Shown here piece after piece: positions 54,706 to 63,865 of a stretch of 64,000 nt of DNA (the stretch's first letter is position 1; every line of letters begins with the position of its first letter). The position numbers and the translations under genes were made by a program. Location: contig JBDHUC010000004.1 in the NCBI GenBank assembly GCA_039808985.1, positions 26,050 to 90,049 on the forward strand, written 5' to 3'. The DNA is from Alphaproteobacteria bacterium (lineage in GTDB: Bacteria > Pseudomonadota > Alphaproteobacteria > Rickettsiales > SXRF01). The notes beneath the pieces were generated by a model. The model had not been told where the DNA came from. It was given only the letters and a program-made list of their open reading frames with translations, and did not search any database.

Positions 54706-56094
54706 ATGATGAAAATATTAAAGGCTTCGGACATGAAAATGACAGAAAAAACAGCAGGCAGCCAGGGCGGAAAAAAATTATTTATATTATTCCTGTTGGT
54801 AGCTGTATTTTTAACATCATTTATAGCAATTCCTCAGCCGGGATATGCTCAGCTAACAACCCAGACCAACCTGGATGACCAGCTTCCAAACATTGCTAAT
54901 GGCAGCACTTTGCCAGGCTGTACGGTAGATGCGGCAGGCAATGAAACTGCGGGTTTTAAATTGCCGCAGACATATATTATTTCACGCATAATTAAAGAAA
55001 TAAGCCTTAAGCTATCACTGGCATCCACCCAGATATATAACAAGCTAATCCTCGATAGCTATTACAAGGTAATTATAATGGCCTGCTTCTCATTATATTT
55101 TGCCATATACGGTATAATGTTCATGACCGGGATGATCCCCATAAGCCTGCATGACTTTATAGTAAGGCTGGTTAAAATCGGGATTATAGTCATGCTGTTG
55201 GAGCCGACTTCGTGGAAGTTTTTTAACGATACTGTAGTTCGTTTCTTTAACCAGGGCACGAATGAAATAATAAACTACTTTACCATGACCGGGAATTTCC
55301 CCGGTTCAAGTATACAAAACACTGGCCCTCTGCCTAATATAACCAATACTGCCACTTCGGCATCGACAGCATTTCTGGTTATTGATGGTGTTTTATCAAA
55401 AATAGTTTCCAGTAAGCTTTTCGTAGTAATGATGTCAGCGTCCCTCACCAACGTATATGGCTTCCTTATGGGCGGCTTGCTGCTTTGGGCTATAATCCTG
55501 TTTTTGAAATCATTGTTTGACGCCCTTTGGGTATATATAATGTCGCTGGTGTTGAAAGCGTTGCTTTTCGGGCTTGCTCCTATTTTCATACCAACCATAT
55601 TATTCCAAAGGACCCGCCATCTGTTTGACAACTGGCTGAACCAGATAGTCAATGCGACATTGCAGCCGATACTGCTGTTTATCTTTTATATATTCTTCGT
55701 AAAATTAATGGAAGGTTCCCTCGATCAGATATTAGCCCATCCGGTATGCTGGACCAAGCTCCCGGAAGGTTACAGGGGTTCACCATTCGACTTTGTTTTC
55801 TGGAGGTTTGCTGAAAGGGGAGATAATGGCTGGAGGCCAAGCCAGGATTCTTTCAACACAGCCACACAGGAATTCCCGATTCCTATAGTAGAGTTGCTGT
55901 CCTTCCTGCTTATTGCCGAGATTGCCAGCAACTTTAACAAGGTTGTGATACAGATTGCCAATACCATATCTCAGGCCAGTGTAAACCTGAATACAGGTAA
56001 TCCTATGCATGCCGCAGCGCATTCTTTAGGCGGCAGCGGCGGCGGCAACAGCCTTGCAAAGCTTAATAATAGCGGTTTAGGGCCATCACGTTAA
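54706..56094 (+). CDS. virB6: VirB6/TrbL-family T4SS inner-membrane protein, paralog 3
   Basis: Signal peptide, polytopic core, Gly-rich C-terminus (GGSGGGNS). Confidence 0.72.
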   Translation: MMKILKASDMKMTEKTAGSQGGKKLFILFLLVAVFLTSFIAIPQPGYAQLTTQTNLDDQLPNIANGSTLPGCTVDAAGNETAGFKLPQTYIISRIIKEISLKLSLASTQIYNKLILDSYYKVIIMACFSLYFAIYGIMFMTGMIPISLHDFIVRLVKIGIIVMLLEPTSWKFFNDTVVRFFNQGTNEIINYFTMTGNFPGSSIQNTGPLPNITNTATSASTAFLVIDGVLSKIVSSKLFVVMMSASLTNVYGFLMGGLLLWAIILFLKSLFDALWVYIMSLVLKALLFGLAPIFIPTILFQRTRHLFDNWLNQIVNATLQPILLFIFYIFFVKLMEGSLDQILAHPVCWTKLPEGYRGSPFDFVFWRFAERGDNGWRPSQDSFNTATQEFPIPIVELLSFLLIAEIASNFNKVVIQIANTISQASVNLNTGNPMHAAAHSLGGSGGGNSLAKLNNSGLGPSR

Positions 56095-56104
56095 CAGTAT
56101 TTAT

Positions 56105-56968
56105 ATGCAGGGTTTTATAAATAATGCGATTGAGTCATGGATATATATTGGTCCATACCTGTTTGGCTTTTTTATAATTTTTTCCGCCCTTGCTTATTTT
56201 ATGCCATGCAATAAGGGGCAGCCGTTTTTACACAGGGGCACAGTAATAGACCTGCTTTACGGCCTGATAATACCGCTTTTCAGCCGATACGTAAACATGC
56301 TGTTCTTAATCTTAGGTTTTTCGATATTTTTCTATTCAACCTCAAAGGAACAGCTCCAGGATTATTTGAATAATGGACACGGGCTGGCGAAGGAATTACC
56401 ATTATGGCTACAGGCTGCGCTGGTATTCCTGCTTTCTGATATAATCCTGTACTGGACGCACCGTTTTTTCCATACTCCGCGCATGTGGCGCTGGCATGCT
56501 ATACATCATTCGGCAAAAATAGTTGATTGGCTTACCAGCTACCGTTTCCATCCCATAAATATCTGGTTTTCATTCACCATGACCGACACCATCATGCTCC
56601 TTCTGGGTTTTTCGCCAGCCGCAATAGGCACAATGGGGCTTTTCAATATGGCCTACTCTTTTATGGTTCATGCTAACCTGAATTGGACTTTCGGCCCATT
56701 CCGTTATATTTTCGCCAGCCCGGTTTTTCACCGCTGGCATCACACTACGCAAAAGGAAGGGCTGGATAAAAATTTTGCTCCCACCTTTCCGCTTCTTGAT
56801 GTTATGTTTGGAACATTCTATATGCCCGAAGGAAAACTTCCGGAAACTTATGGTGTGCTTGGTGCCGCAATACCGGAATCATTCATAGGCCAGCTAATAT
56901 GGCCATTCAGGAAAGAAAACCAGCCATCATCCTGTGAGGCGCGGAGCGACCACCTGTCACCCCGCTGA
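56105..56968 (+). CDS. fatty acid hydroxylase / sterol desaturase superfamily membrane protein
   Basis: Histidine boxes HRFFH, HAIHH and HRWHH. The last about 14 codons and the stop lie in repeat elements. Confidence 0.8.
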   Translation: MQGFINNAIESWIYIGPYLFGFFIIFSALAYFMPCNKGQPFLHRGTVIDLLYGLIIPLFSRYVNMLFLILGFSIFFYSTSKEQLQDYLNNGHGLAKELPLWLQAALVFLLSDIILYWTHRFFHTPRMWRWHAIHHSAKIVDWLTSYRFHPINIWFSFTMTDTIMLLLGFSPAAIGTMGLFNMAYSFMVHANLNWTFGPFRYIFASPVFHRWHHTTQKEGLDKNFAPTFPLLDVMFGTFYMPEGKLPETYGVLGAAIPESFIGQLIWPFRKENQPSSCEARSDHLSPR

Positions 56969-57152
56969 ATAGCGGGGTCTGGGCCTTAGGCTTAATACCG
57001 GATGCCGCCATACGGCGATATGACAAGCTGGGAAAACATCCTGAGATCCTGCGCAATGTTTACGCATTCGCAGGACGACACCCACACTATCCCCTGTGAA
57101 GCGCGCCGCCACAAAACAGTCATCCTGTGAGGAGCGGAGCGACTGCACAGGA
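56927..57152. repeat. Nested cluster of family-C and family-D elements
   Basis: C hairpin-1 5' arm (56927-56950), D double hairpin (56952-57028), C hairpin-2 plus tail (57040-57092), then a complete C hairpin-1 (57119-57152). Confidence 0.8.
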
Positions 57153-57157
57153 CTCCA

Positions 57158-57601
57158 TCAACCATTAAGCAGCTTATCGATCTCTTCATTACTCAAAGCC
57201 CGTGATTCAGCCGCTGGCTCAGCAGCAGGTGGCGGTGCTGGTGGTGGTTCAGGCGCAGCCTGGACAGGCGCGGCAGCAACTGGCTCTTCAGGTTTTTGCG
57301 GGGGTTGGTCTTCGCTATAGTTATCAGCGCTTTCCGGTTCCATACTACCTATAAAATCCTGGTTTAGAACCTGGTTCAAATGAATGACATTAAAACCAAG
57401 CGGATCGTGCCGCTGGATCTTATATATTTTTTTATTTTTGCAGGCAGCCATGGCATCAAGTGCAGAAGCGGCTTCCACCAGTTCAAAATTTTTTCTATCA
57501 CGATAAACGCGATACACCATAGCTGAGGAAAGTTGCAAATCCTTGCGCGGAATAAACAATTCTTCAAAAGGTTCTTTATTTTCTTCTTTCATATTCTCCA
57601 T
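57158..57601 (-). CDS. hypothetical protein with a Pro/Ala-rich C-terminal region
   Basis: ORF 57158-57625. The start is ambiguous (TTG 57625, ATG 57601 or ATG 57592). No recognised domain. Confidence 0.45.
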   Translation of the reverse strand: MENMKEENKEPFEELFIPRKDLQLSSAMVYRVYRDRKNFELVEAASALDAMAACKNKKIYKIQRHDPLGFNVIHLNQVLNQDFIGSMEPESADNYSEDQPPQKPEEPVAAAPVQAAPEPPPAPPPAAEPAAESRALSNEEIDKLLNG

Positions 57602-57653
57602 CCAAAATAAATTAAGGATGAACAAATCCGCAATTTTTGGCTAAAGCGTTTTT

Positions 57654-58169
57654 TTAATATGCTTTCCAGCGCATTACTCCAAACAAATGCGAAACCTGTC
57701 CGTTTTCGTATCCGAGGGGAACAATGCAAGTTCTGTACCGAACATTCATATGATGTGCGTTAGTGAATTCACCTTCATCAATAACCGGATGTTTTTTATC
57801 CAGAACTTCCTCTATTTTTTTCAGGTTCGGGACTTTGGTGCTTGATAATAAACGCAATGCCATATCCGGATTATTGACATCATCACCAAATGCGCCAACC
57901 AGAGCCGAACCCATATAGCTATAACGGTAGCCGATACGCTTAACCACGTCATCAAGGCTTATCAGGAAGCAGTAATCCCATATGTCAGCTATTTCTTCCG
58001 GTTCAATATCGCTTTCATGCGGCAACTCGCTTTTATTGCGTATCTTGTTCCAGTATGCGAGTAGTTCATCATGACAGCGATGATGCAGGTCGCCTTCCTT
58101 GCCATGGCTTTTAAGTTCAGTCTGTTTCATTGTATGTTCTTGTTTCATTGCATGTTCTTTCATAAGCAA
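57654..58169 (-). CDS. PAS_5 (DUF1457)-like domain protein
   Basis: LLAYWNKIRNKSELPHESDIEPEEIADIWDYCFLISL resembles the alphaproteobacterial PAS_5 N-terminal pattern. The start codon is uncertain. Confidence 0.4.
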   Translation of the reverse strand: MLMKEHAMKQEHTMKQTELKSHGKEGDLHHRCHDELLAYWNKIRNKSELPHESDIEPEEIADIWDYCFLISLDDVVKRIGYRYSYMGSALVGAFGDDVNNPDMALRLLSSTKVPNLKKIEEVLDKKHPVIDEGEFTNAHHMNVRYRTCIVPLGYENGQVSHLFGVMRWKAY

Positions 58170-58252
58170 CCATCATAACATAATTTTACGCTTTGTATAA
58201 CTATAAAATCCATTTTTTTCATTAACTTAAACATGCCGGCTTTAATAAAAAA

Positions 58253-59221
58253 TTAATCATGTCGGTTTTTATCGCGGTATTCCTTGACATTACGGTTATG
58301 TTCTTCCAGCGAGCTTGCAAAATTATGCCCGCCCCTGCCAGTCGCAACAAAATATATCTCATTGCTTACAGCAGGATGCAGCACTGCCTCAATAGCTTCG
58401 CGGCTGGGGTTGGTTATCGGGGCTGGGGGCAGGCCGTCTATAACATAAGTATTGTAAGCCGTTTCGCTTTTCAGATCGGCCAGCGTCAATGGACGGCCAA
58501 GCGGTTTTCCGTTTGCCTTTTCAATCCCGTAAACTGTGGTCGGGTCTGATTGCAGCTTCATACCTATCTTCATGCGGTTTAAAAACACCGCCGCGATGCG
58601 CGGCCTTTCAGCAGCAACCCCGGTTTCCTTTTCCACGATAGAAGCAAGTATAACCGCCTGCGCAGGCGTTGTATAAGGCAAGCCATCAGCCTTTTTCGCC
58701 CATAACTCAGCGACAGCCGCCTTCATTTTTTCCTGCATCCTGGCAATTATCGAAGCGCGTGTATCGCCATAGGTAAAATGGTAGGTCTGCGGCAGCAGAG
58801 AACCTTCTTCAATATTAGCGGGAACATTGCCAGAAAGCACAGGTTCAGCCGTGAGCAATGCCGAAACCTCGCGCACATTAAGGCCTTCCGCAAAGGTTAT
58901 TTTATGCACCACCACCTGACCGGCAACCAGCATCTGCATAACCGCTTGTGGCGATATGCCAGCCGGGAACAGATATTCTCCGGCTTTTATCTTTGCGCCG
59001 TCTTTATCAAAATATCCAATAGCCTTAAAAACCAGGGGTAAATCTATCACGCCTTTTAGCGCAAGATCATCAACACTCTTCGAAAAACCATTTCCTTTAG
59101 GAAGGATAACAGTGGTGTCCTGCGTTGTCTTACCCGGTGAAATATAATTATCCCATGCGAGCAATCCGGCTGCACCAGCGGATAAAAATAAAACTAAAAA
59201 GATAATTAAAAAATTACGCAA
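58253..59221 (-). CDS. mltG: endolytic murein transglycosylase MltG (YceG-like)
   Basis: N-terminal TM helix and YceG motifs (ASIVEKETG, LQSDPTTVYG, YNTY). Apparent TTG start. Confidence 0.85.
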   Translation of the reverse strand: MRNFLIIFLVLFLSAGAAGLLAWDNYISPGKTTQDTTVILPKGNGFSKSVDDLALKGVIDLPLVFKAIGYFDKDGAKIKAGEYLFPAGISPQAVMQMLVAGQVVVHKITFAEGLNVREVSALLTAEPVLSGNVPANIEEGSLLPQTYHFTYGDTRASIIARMQEKMKAAVAELWAKKADGLPYTTPAQAVILASIVEKETGVAAERPRIAAVFLNRMKIGMKLQSDPTTVYGIEKANGKPLGRPLTLADLKSETAYNTYVIDGLPPAPITNPSREAIEAVLHPAVSNEIYFVATGRGGHNFASSLEEHNRNVKEYRDKNRHD

Positions 59222-59242
59222 ATTTTTGCCCTCAAAACCTTA

Positions 59243-59536
59243 TTGTCATACCGGGCTTGAGCCAGGATCCATGGCTACAAATTCCATCGGCGAATACTCC
59301 CTGGATCCCCCGCCTGCGCGGTGATGACAACTAGAGCGTTTTCGCTTTAGTTGTGCGTTAGGCATCCGAGGCGAAGTGTACACAGCAAATCCACATGTGG
59401 GATTTGCTTTTTATAAATTACAAAATCCCGCATGCGGATTTTGTTAGTACATGAGACGAAGGATAACAACACGCACGATTAAATGGAAAATGCTCTAACT
59501 AATTACGAACTACGAAATACTAATTACGAATTATGG
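59243..59536. repeat. Stack of four repeat elements between fabF and mltG
   Basis: D-variant (59243-59330), family A (59331-59497) interrupted by family B (59383-59447), then a TAATTACGAA-type heptamer tract (59497-59536). Confidence 0.8.
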
Positions 59537-60793
59537 TTAAACTTGCCTGAACACCAGTGAAGCATTAGTCCCGCCAAAGCCGAACGAATTGGAAAGTGCA
59601 GCGCGGATTTTGCGCTTTTTGGCAGTATGCGCCACCAGATCCAGGTCGCATCCTTCAGATGGGTCATCCAGGTTTAATGTCGGCGGGGCTACCTGATCGC
59701 GTATCGCAAGTATCGAAAAAATGGCTTCGACAGCACCTGCCGCACCAAGAAGATGCCCGATTGCTGATTTGGTTGATGACATGGAAAGCTTATAAGCGGC
59801 ATCACCGAACAGGTTTTTAACCGCGAGTAATTCCAGCTCATCACCAAGCGGGGTCGAGGTTCCGTGCGCATTGATATAATCAATATCCTCAGGGTTCATG
59901 CCTGCGCGTTTAAGCGCAGCCGACATTGCGCGCCCTGCCCCTTCATGCTCCGGCGCAGGCGCGGTTATATGGTAAGCATCACCAGACAGGCCATACCCCA
60001 CCACCTCAGCATAAATTTTTGCACCGCGTTTTTTCGCATGTTCATATTCTTCGAGGACAACAACACCAGCCCCCTCGCCCATTACAAAGCCATCACGGCC
60101 TTTATCCCATGGGCGCGATGCCTTTGCCGGGGTTTCATTATACCCGGTCGACAAGGCGCGGGCAGCCGCAAACCCGGCCAGCCCGATGCGGCATATGGTA
60201 GCTTCCGCACCACCCGCCAGCATTATGTCAGCATCACCGAACTGTATCATCCTGGCAGCATCGCCGATAGCGTGCGCGCCGGTTGAGCAGGCTGTAACAA
60301 CAGCATGGTTGGGTCCTTTGAAGCCATATTTAATGGAAATCTGCCCGGAAGCTAAATTTATCAGCGCCGCCGGGATAAAGAATGGGCTTACGCGCCGCGG
60401 GCCTTTTTCCTTCATCATCAAAACAGTTTCTTCAATAATGTGCAGCCCGCCAATACCAGAGCCAATCATAACCCCGGTACGCAATGCAGTTTCTTCATCA
60501 AGCGATGCTATACCAGCGTCCTCAACTGCCTGCGAAGCAGCGCCAAAAGCAAAATGGATAAAATCATCCATTTTTTTCTGTTCTTTTGGTTCTATATAGT
60601 TGTCGGCGTTGAATTGCCCAGGCTCATTGCCACGCACTACCTGCCCTGCGACCTTGGCCGGAATATCCGAAACATCGCAAAGAGTAATGCCCGTAAGCCC
60701 CGAGCGCGAAGAAACAATACCATCCCATGACTGCTCCACCCCGCAACCAAGCGGAGTAACCAGACCAAGACCAGTAACTACGACCCTTCTCAT
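59537..60793 (-). CDS. fabF: 3-oxoacyl-ACP synthase II
   Basis: VVTGLGLVTPLG, active-site ACSTG, HGTSTPLGD, GFGGTNA. Confidence 0.95.
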   Translation of the reverse strand: MRRVVVTGLGLVTPLGCGVEQSWDGIVSSRSGLTGITLCDVSDIPAKVAGQVVRGNEPGQFNADNYIEPKEQKKMDDFIHFAFGAASQAVEDAGIASLDEETALRTGVMIGSGIGGLHIIEETVLMMKEKGPRRVSPFFIPAALINLASGQISIKYGFKGPNHAVVTACSTGAHAIGDAARMIQFGDADIMLAGGAEATICRIGLAGFAAARALSTGYNETPAKASRPWDKGRDGFVMGEGAGVVVLEEYEHAKKRGAKIYAEVVGYGLSGDAYHITAPAPEHEGAGRAMSAALKRAGMNPEDIDYINAHGTSTPLGDELELLAVKNLFGDAAYKLSMSSTKSAIGHLLGAAGAVEAIFSILAIRDQVAPPTLNLDDPSEGCDLDLVAHTAKKRKIRAALSNSFGFGGTNASLVFRQV

Positions 60794-60810
60794 AGATTAA
60801 TTAGGAAATA

Positions 60811-61053
60811 TTACGCGGCTTTTGCGTGTTGCTGGATGTAATTTACAGCATCCTGCAGGCTTAAGATTTTTTCAGCGGCATCATCAGGAATTTCGATGTT
60901 GAATTCTTCTTCAAACGCCATAACCAGCTCAACGGTATCGAGGCTGTCAGCGCCAAGGTCGTCGATAAAGCTTGCTTCAAGCACAGCTTTGGATTCATCC
61001 ACACCCAGATGTTCAACAACGATTTTTTTTACTCGTTCAGCAATATCACTCAT
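60811..61053 (-). CDS. acpP: acyl carrier protein
   Basis: [20 protein letters not shown] phosphopantetheine-attachment motif. Confidence 0.95.
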   Translation of the reverse strand: MSDIAERVKKIVVEHLGVDESKAVLEASFIDDLGADSLDTVELVMAFEEEFNIEIPDDAAEKILSLQDAVNYIQQHAKAA

Positions 61054-61081
61054 GATGTTTTTCCTTCGTTAGTTACACATG

Positions 61082-61101
61082 CAAATCCATATATGGATTT
61101 G
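61082..61101. repeat. Family-B hairpin, a perfect 20-bp palindrome, 28 nt upstream of the acpP start
   Basis: CAAATCCATATATGGATTTG. Confidence 0.8.
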
Positions 61102-61347
61102 TTACTCTGAAATCTACAACTAATATTTTTTAATTGGTTAGAGTCGGGAACAATAATCATCCAAACTTAAACGTCAATCTTAAAAACACCTGTTTAGATA
61201 AATAATTTCACAATCATACACAATATTTTCACTAAGCCACTGATGGAGTAGCATAACTCAAGGGCTATGACTACAAAAAAGTAGGATTCATGGCTAATGA
61301 TTCATGTATTATTTAGCATACCGGCTGCCACTTGGCCTCAGGCCTCT

Positions 61348-62088
61348 TTAAGCCATATACATTCCACCATTAATATGTAGTGTCTGGCCGGTAATATAAG
61401 ATGCCGAGTCACTGGCCAGATAAAGCGCCCCATCAGCGATCTCTTCTGCACTGCCCATACGCCCAAGCGGAATATTCTGGTTAATACGGGCTTTTTGCTC
61501 ATCATTTAGCGCATCGGTCATTTTAGTTGCAATGAATCCCGGAGCGATACAATTAATAGTTATCCCGCGTGATGCCACTTCCTGCGCCAGCGATTTCGCC
61601 ATTCCGGTAAGCCCGGCTTTAGAAGCGCAGTAGTTAGCCTGGCCGGGATTCCCCGTCCACCCGACAACGGAAGTTACAAATATGATGCGCCCGGCGCGGC
61701 GTTTAAGCATGCCTTTGATTGCCGCGCGCGCCAGCCGGAAACTGGCTGTCAGGTTGATGTCGATAACCTGCTGCCATTCATCGTCTTTCATACGCAGCGC
61801 AAGATTATCTTTAGTAACGCCAGCGTTACACACTAATATATCCAGCCCTCCAAGTGCCTCTTCCGCATTTTTTATAAGCGCATCAACGCTGGCAAGGTCA
61901 GATAAATTGCAGGCGATAGGTATAACACCATTGCCCAGTTCAGCCGCAAAACCCTTCAGCTTTTCTTCGTTACTCCCTGAAATAGCCAGATGCGCGCCTG
62001 CTTCTTTGAAACTCTTGGCAATAGCACTTCCAATGCCACCGCTAGCCCCGGTTATAAGTGCTTTTTTGTTGGTAAGTGAGAATGTCAT
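61348..62088 (-). CDS. fabG: 3-oxoacyl-ACP reductase
   Basis: ALITGASGGIG, NAG and YCASKAG motifs. The ATG at 62088 has GAGGA 5 nt upstream and is preferred over 62100. Confidence 0.93.
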   Translation of the reverse strand: MTFSLTNKKALITGASGGIGSAIAKSFKEAGAHLAISGSNEEKLKGFAAELGNGVIPIACNLSDLASVDALIKNAEEALGGLDILVCNAGVTKDNLALRMKDDEWQQVIDINLTASFRLARAAIKGMLKRRAGRIIFVTSVVGWTGNPGQANYCASKAGLTGMAKSLAQEVASRGITINCIAPGFIATKMTDALNDEQKARINQNIPLGRMGSAEEIADGALYLASDSASYITGQTLHINGGMYMA

Positions 62089-62105
62089 TTTTGTCCTCAT
62101 GTTTA

Positions 62106-62553
62106 GGGATTCAGGATTTAGGATTCAGGATTCGGGGGAAGAAAGTTTTTTATCCAGACTTTTTATAAGCCCATTGAGCATTTTTCCAACTTCCATATAT
62201 CCATTAAATAAATACAATATTGCTTGCTCAGTTGTGTAACCTAAATCACTGGCAATATAAAGCTGTGTTTCAACTTCAGCAACAGAACCATAAGCTATAT
62301 CAAGAAAGCGCATGTATTCTTTGGTAGTCCTGCGTGATTTTCCTTCAGCTATATTCGATGGAACAGAAACAGCCGCCCTTTGTAATTGACTGGATAAACC
62401 ATATAATTCTTCTTTTGGAAATGTCTTTGTTAACTTATAAACAGCAGCGACCAAAACCCTTGATTTCTGCCAAACTTCCAAATCACGATAACTATTAATA
62501 TTCATAATCTTATCTTGAATTTTCTCTGCCCCCTGAATCCTGACCCCTGAATC
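62106..62553. mobile_element. Inverted-repeat-bounded cassette carrying a four-helix-bundle gene between fabD and fabG
   Basis: Left arm GGGATTCAGGATTTAGGATTCAGGATTCGGGGG (62106-62138). Right arm CCCCCTGAATCCTGACCCCTGAATC (62529-62553) abuts the fabD stop codon. Confidence 0.55.
62125..62505 (-). CDS. four-helix-bundle protein (23S rRNA intervening-sequence protein / Avd superfamily)
   Basis: YRDLEVWQKS...FPKEELYGLSSQLQRAAVSVPSNIAEG...GSVAEVETQL. Paralog of 8482-8898. Confidence 0.88.
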   Translation of the reverse strand: MNINSYRDLEVWQKSRVLVAAVYKLTKTFPKEELYGLSSQLQRAAVSVPSNIAEGKSRRTTKEYMRFLDIAYGSVAEVETQLYIASDLGYTTEQAILYLFNGYMEVGKMLNGLIKSLDKKLSSPES

Positions 62554-63495
62554 CTATTCTACCTTGGCAAACGCTTCCAAATCAGCAACCGTCCCGACAT
62601 TCATCGCCTGCACATCAGGGGCGCAGCGCTTCATAAGGCCTGAGAGCACTTTCCCGGCGCCTATTTCAATTACGCGGGTTACGCCCTGCTGCGCCAGATA
62701 TTCCATTGATTCGCGCCAGCGCACCACTTCTGTAACCTGGTCAACAAGCAGGTCACGCAGCATCTGCGGATCATTTTCCGCTTTTGCCGTGACGTTAGTT
62801 ACAACCGGAACAATCGGGGCATTAAATTTCGCAGCCGCAAGCGCCGATGCCATAACGCCGGAAGCCGGGGCCATCAGGGCACAATGGAACGGCGCGCTTA
62901 CTTCCAGCATCATTGCACGTTTTGCGCCTTTATCCTTGGCAATTATGATTGCGCGGTCGATCGCAGTTCGCGTTCCGCTTATAACCACCTGCCCCGGCGC
63001 GTTATCGTTAGCGACGCTGCAAACTTCTTCGCCTGCCGCCTGGTTGGCGATTTCTTCAGCCATATCGCGGTCAATCCCAATCAGTGCTGCCATAGCGCCA
63101 TTGCCGTCATGCACGCAACGCTGCATCGAAAGCCCACGCACACGCAGCAACCGTGCTGTTTCAGCAAGCCCGAGCACCCCATCGGCGCAAAGGGCGGAAT
63201 ATTCGCCCAGGGAATGGCCAGCGACAAAAGCCGCCTGCTTTTTAAGGTCGAATCCAAATTCGCTCTGTAAAACACGGAAGGCAGCTATAGATGTCGCCAT
63301 AATAGCTGGCTGGGCGTTTTCAGTAAGGGTCAGCAGGTCTTGCGGCCCATTAAATATAATATCGGAAAAATCTTCCGAAAGGGCATTATCGACTTCTTCA
63401 AAAACCTCGCGTGCGGCTGCAAAGTTATCGGCCAACTCTTTCCCCATGCCAACCACCTGCGATCCCTGCCCTGGAAACAATAACGCCTTTTTCAT
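62554..63495 (-). CDS. fabD: malonyl-CoA-ACP transacylase
   Basis: LFPGQGSQ, GHSLGEYSAL and the conserved C-terminal half. The ATG at 63495 (MKKALLFPGQGSQ) is preferred over 63531. Confidence 0.93.
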   Translation of the reverse strand: MKKALLFPGQGSQVVGMGKELADNFAAAREVFEEVDNALSEDFSDIIFNGPQDLLTLTENAQPAIMATSIAAFRVLQSEFGFDLKKQAAFVAGHSLGEYSALCADGVLGLAETARLLRVRGLSMQRCVHDGNGAMAALIGIDRDMAEEIANQAAGEEVCSVANDNAPGQVVISGTRTAIDRAIIIAKDKGAKRAMMLEVSAPFHCALMAPASGVMASALAAAKFNAPIVPVVTNVTAKAENDPQMLRDLLVDQVTEVVRWRESMEYLAQQGVTRVIEIGAGKVLSGLMKRCAPDVQAMNVGTVADLEAFAKVE

Positions 63496-63622
63496 ATCCC
63501 TACCTTTTTTAATTATTATTTTATCCATCACTACGTAACCCCAAGGCTACAATCATTAAAGCTTTTCGGTAATTATAGCAACTGCGAATTGCTGGCATAT
63601 GGTGTAAGTGCCAGATATCCCA

Positions 63623-63706
63623 CTATACTGGCCTGAGAAAGGAATTTCCCAGAGAAGGCAAGGCAAAGACTGACATAGGGAAAAACTTTAATCAAACCAG
63701 TATAAT
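63623..63706. repeat. Family-F palindromic element (short form, intergenic)
   Basis: CTATACTGGCCTGAGAAAGGAATTTCCCAGAGAAGGCAAGGCAAAGACTGACATAGGGAAAAACTTTAATCAAACCAGTATA. It lacks the central GTGTAC...GTACATGAG core present at 48178-48288. Confidence 0.75.
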
Positions 63707-63865
63707 ACCACCAACAAACTCACACCCCATCTAAAAAACCCAAAAATTCAGCCCGTTAGTTTTCTTGGCTCAATATCACTATTTTGCTTGCAATCCATAA
63801 AAAAGTGACTATAGCTATACCCCTTTTTTATATATTACAAGAAATTCGCAGGAGCTTAAACCACT

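Noticed and set aside
47626-56094. T4SS cluster as part of an integrative conjugative element or plasmid
   Set aside because: No relaxase, coupling protein, integrase, or tRNA-adjacent att-like boundary is visible in the window. The virB3-virB4-multi-virB6 layout fits chromosomal rvh-type effector-translocation systems. This cannot be excluded without the rest of the genome.
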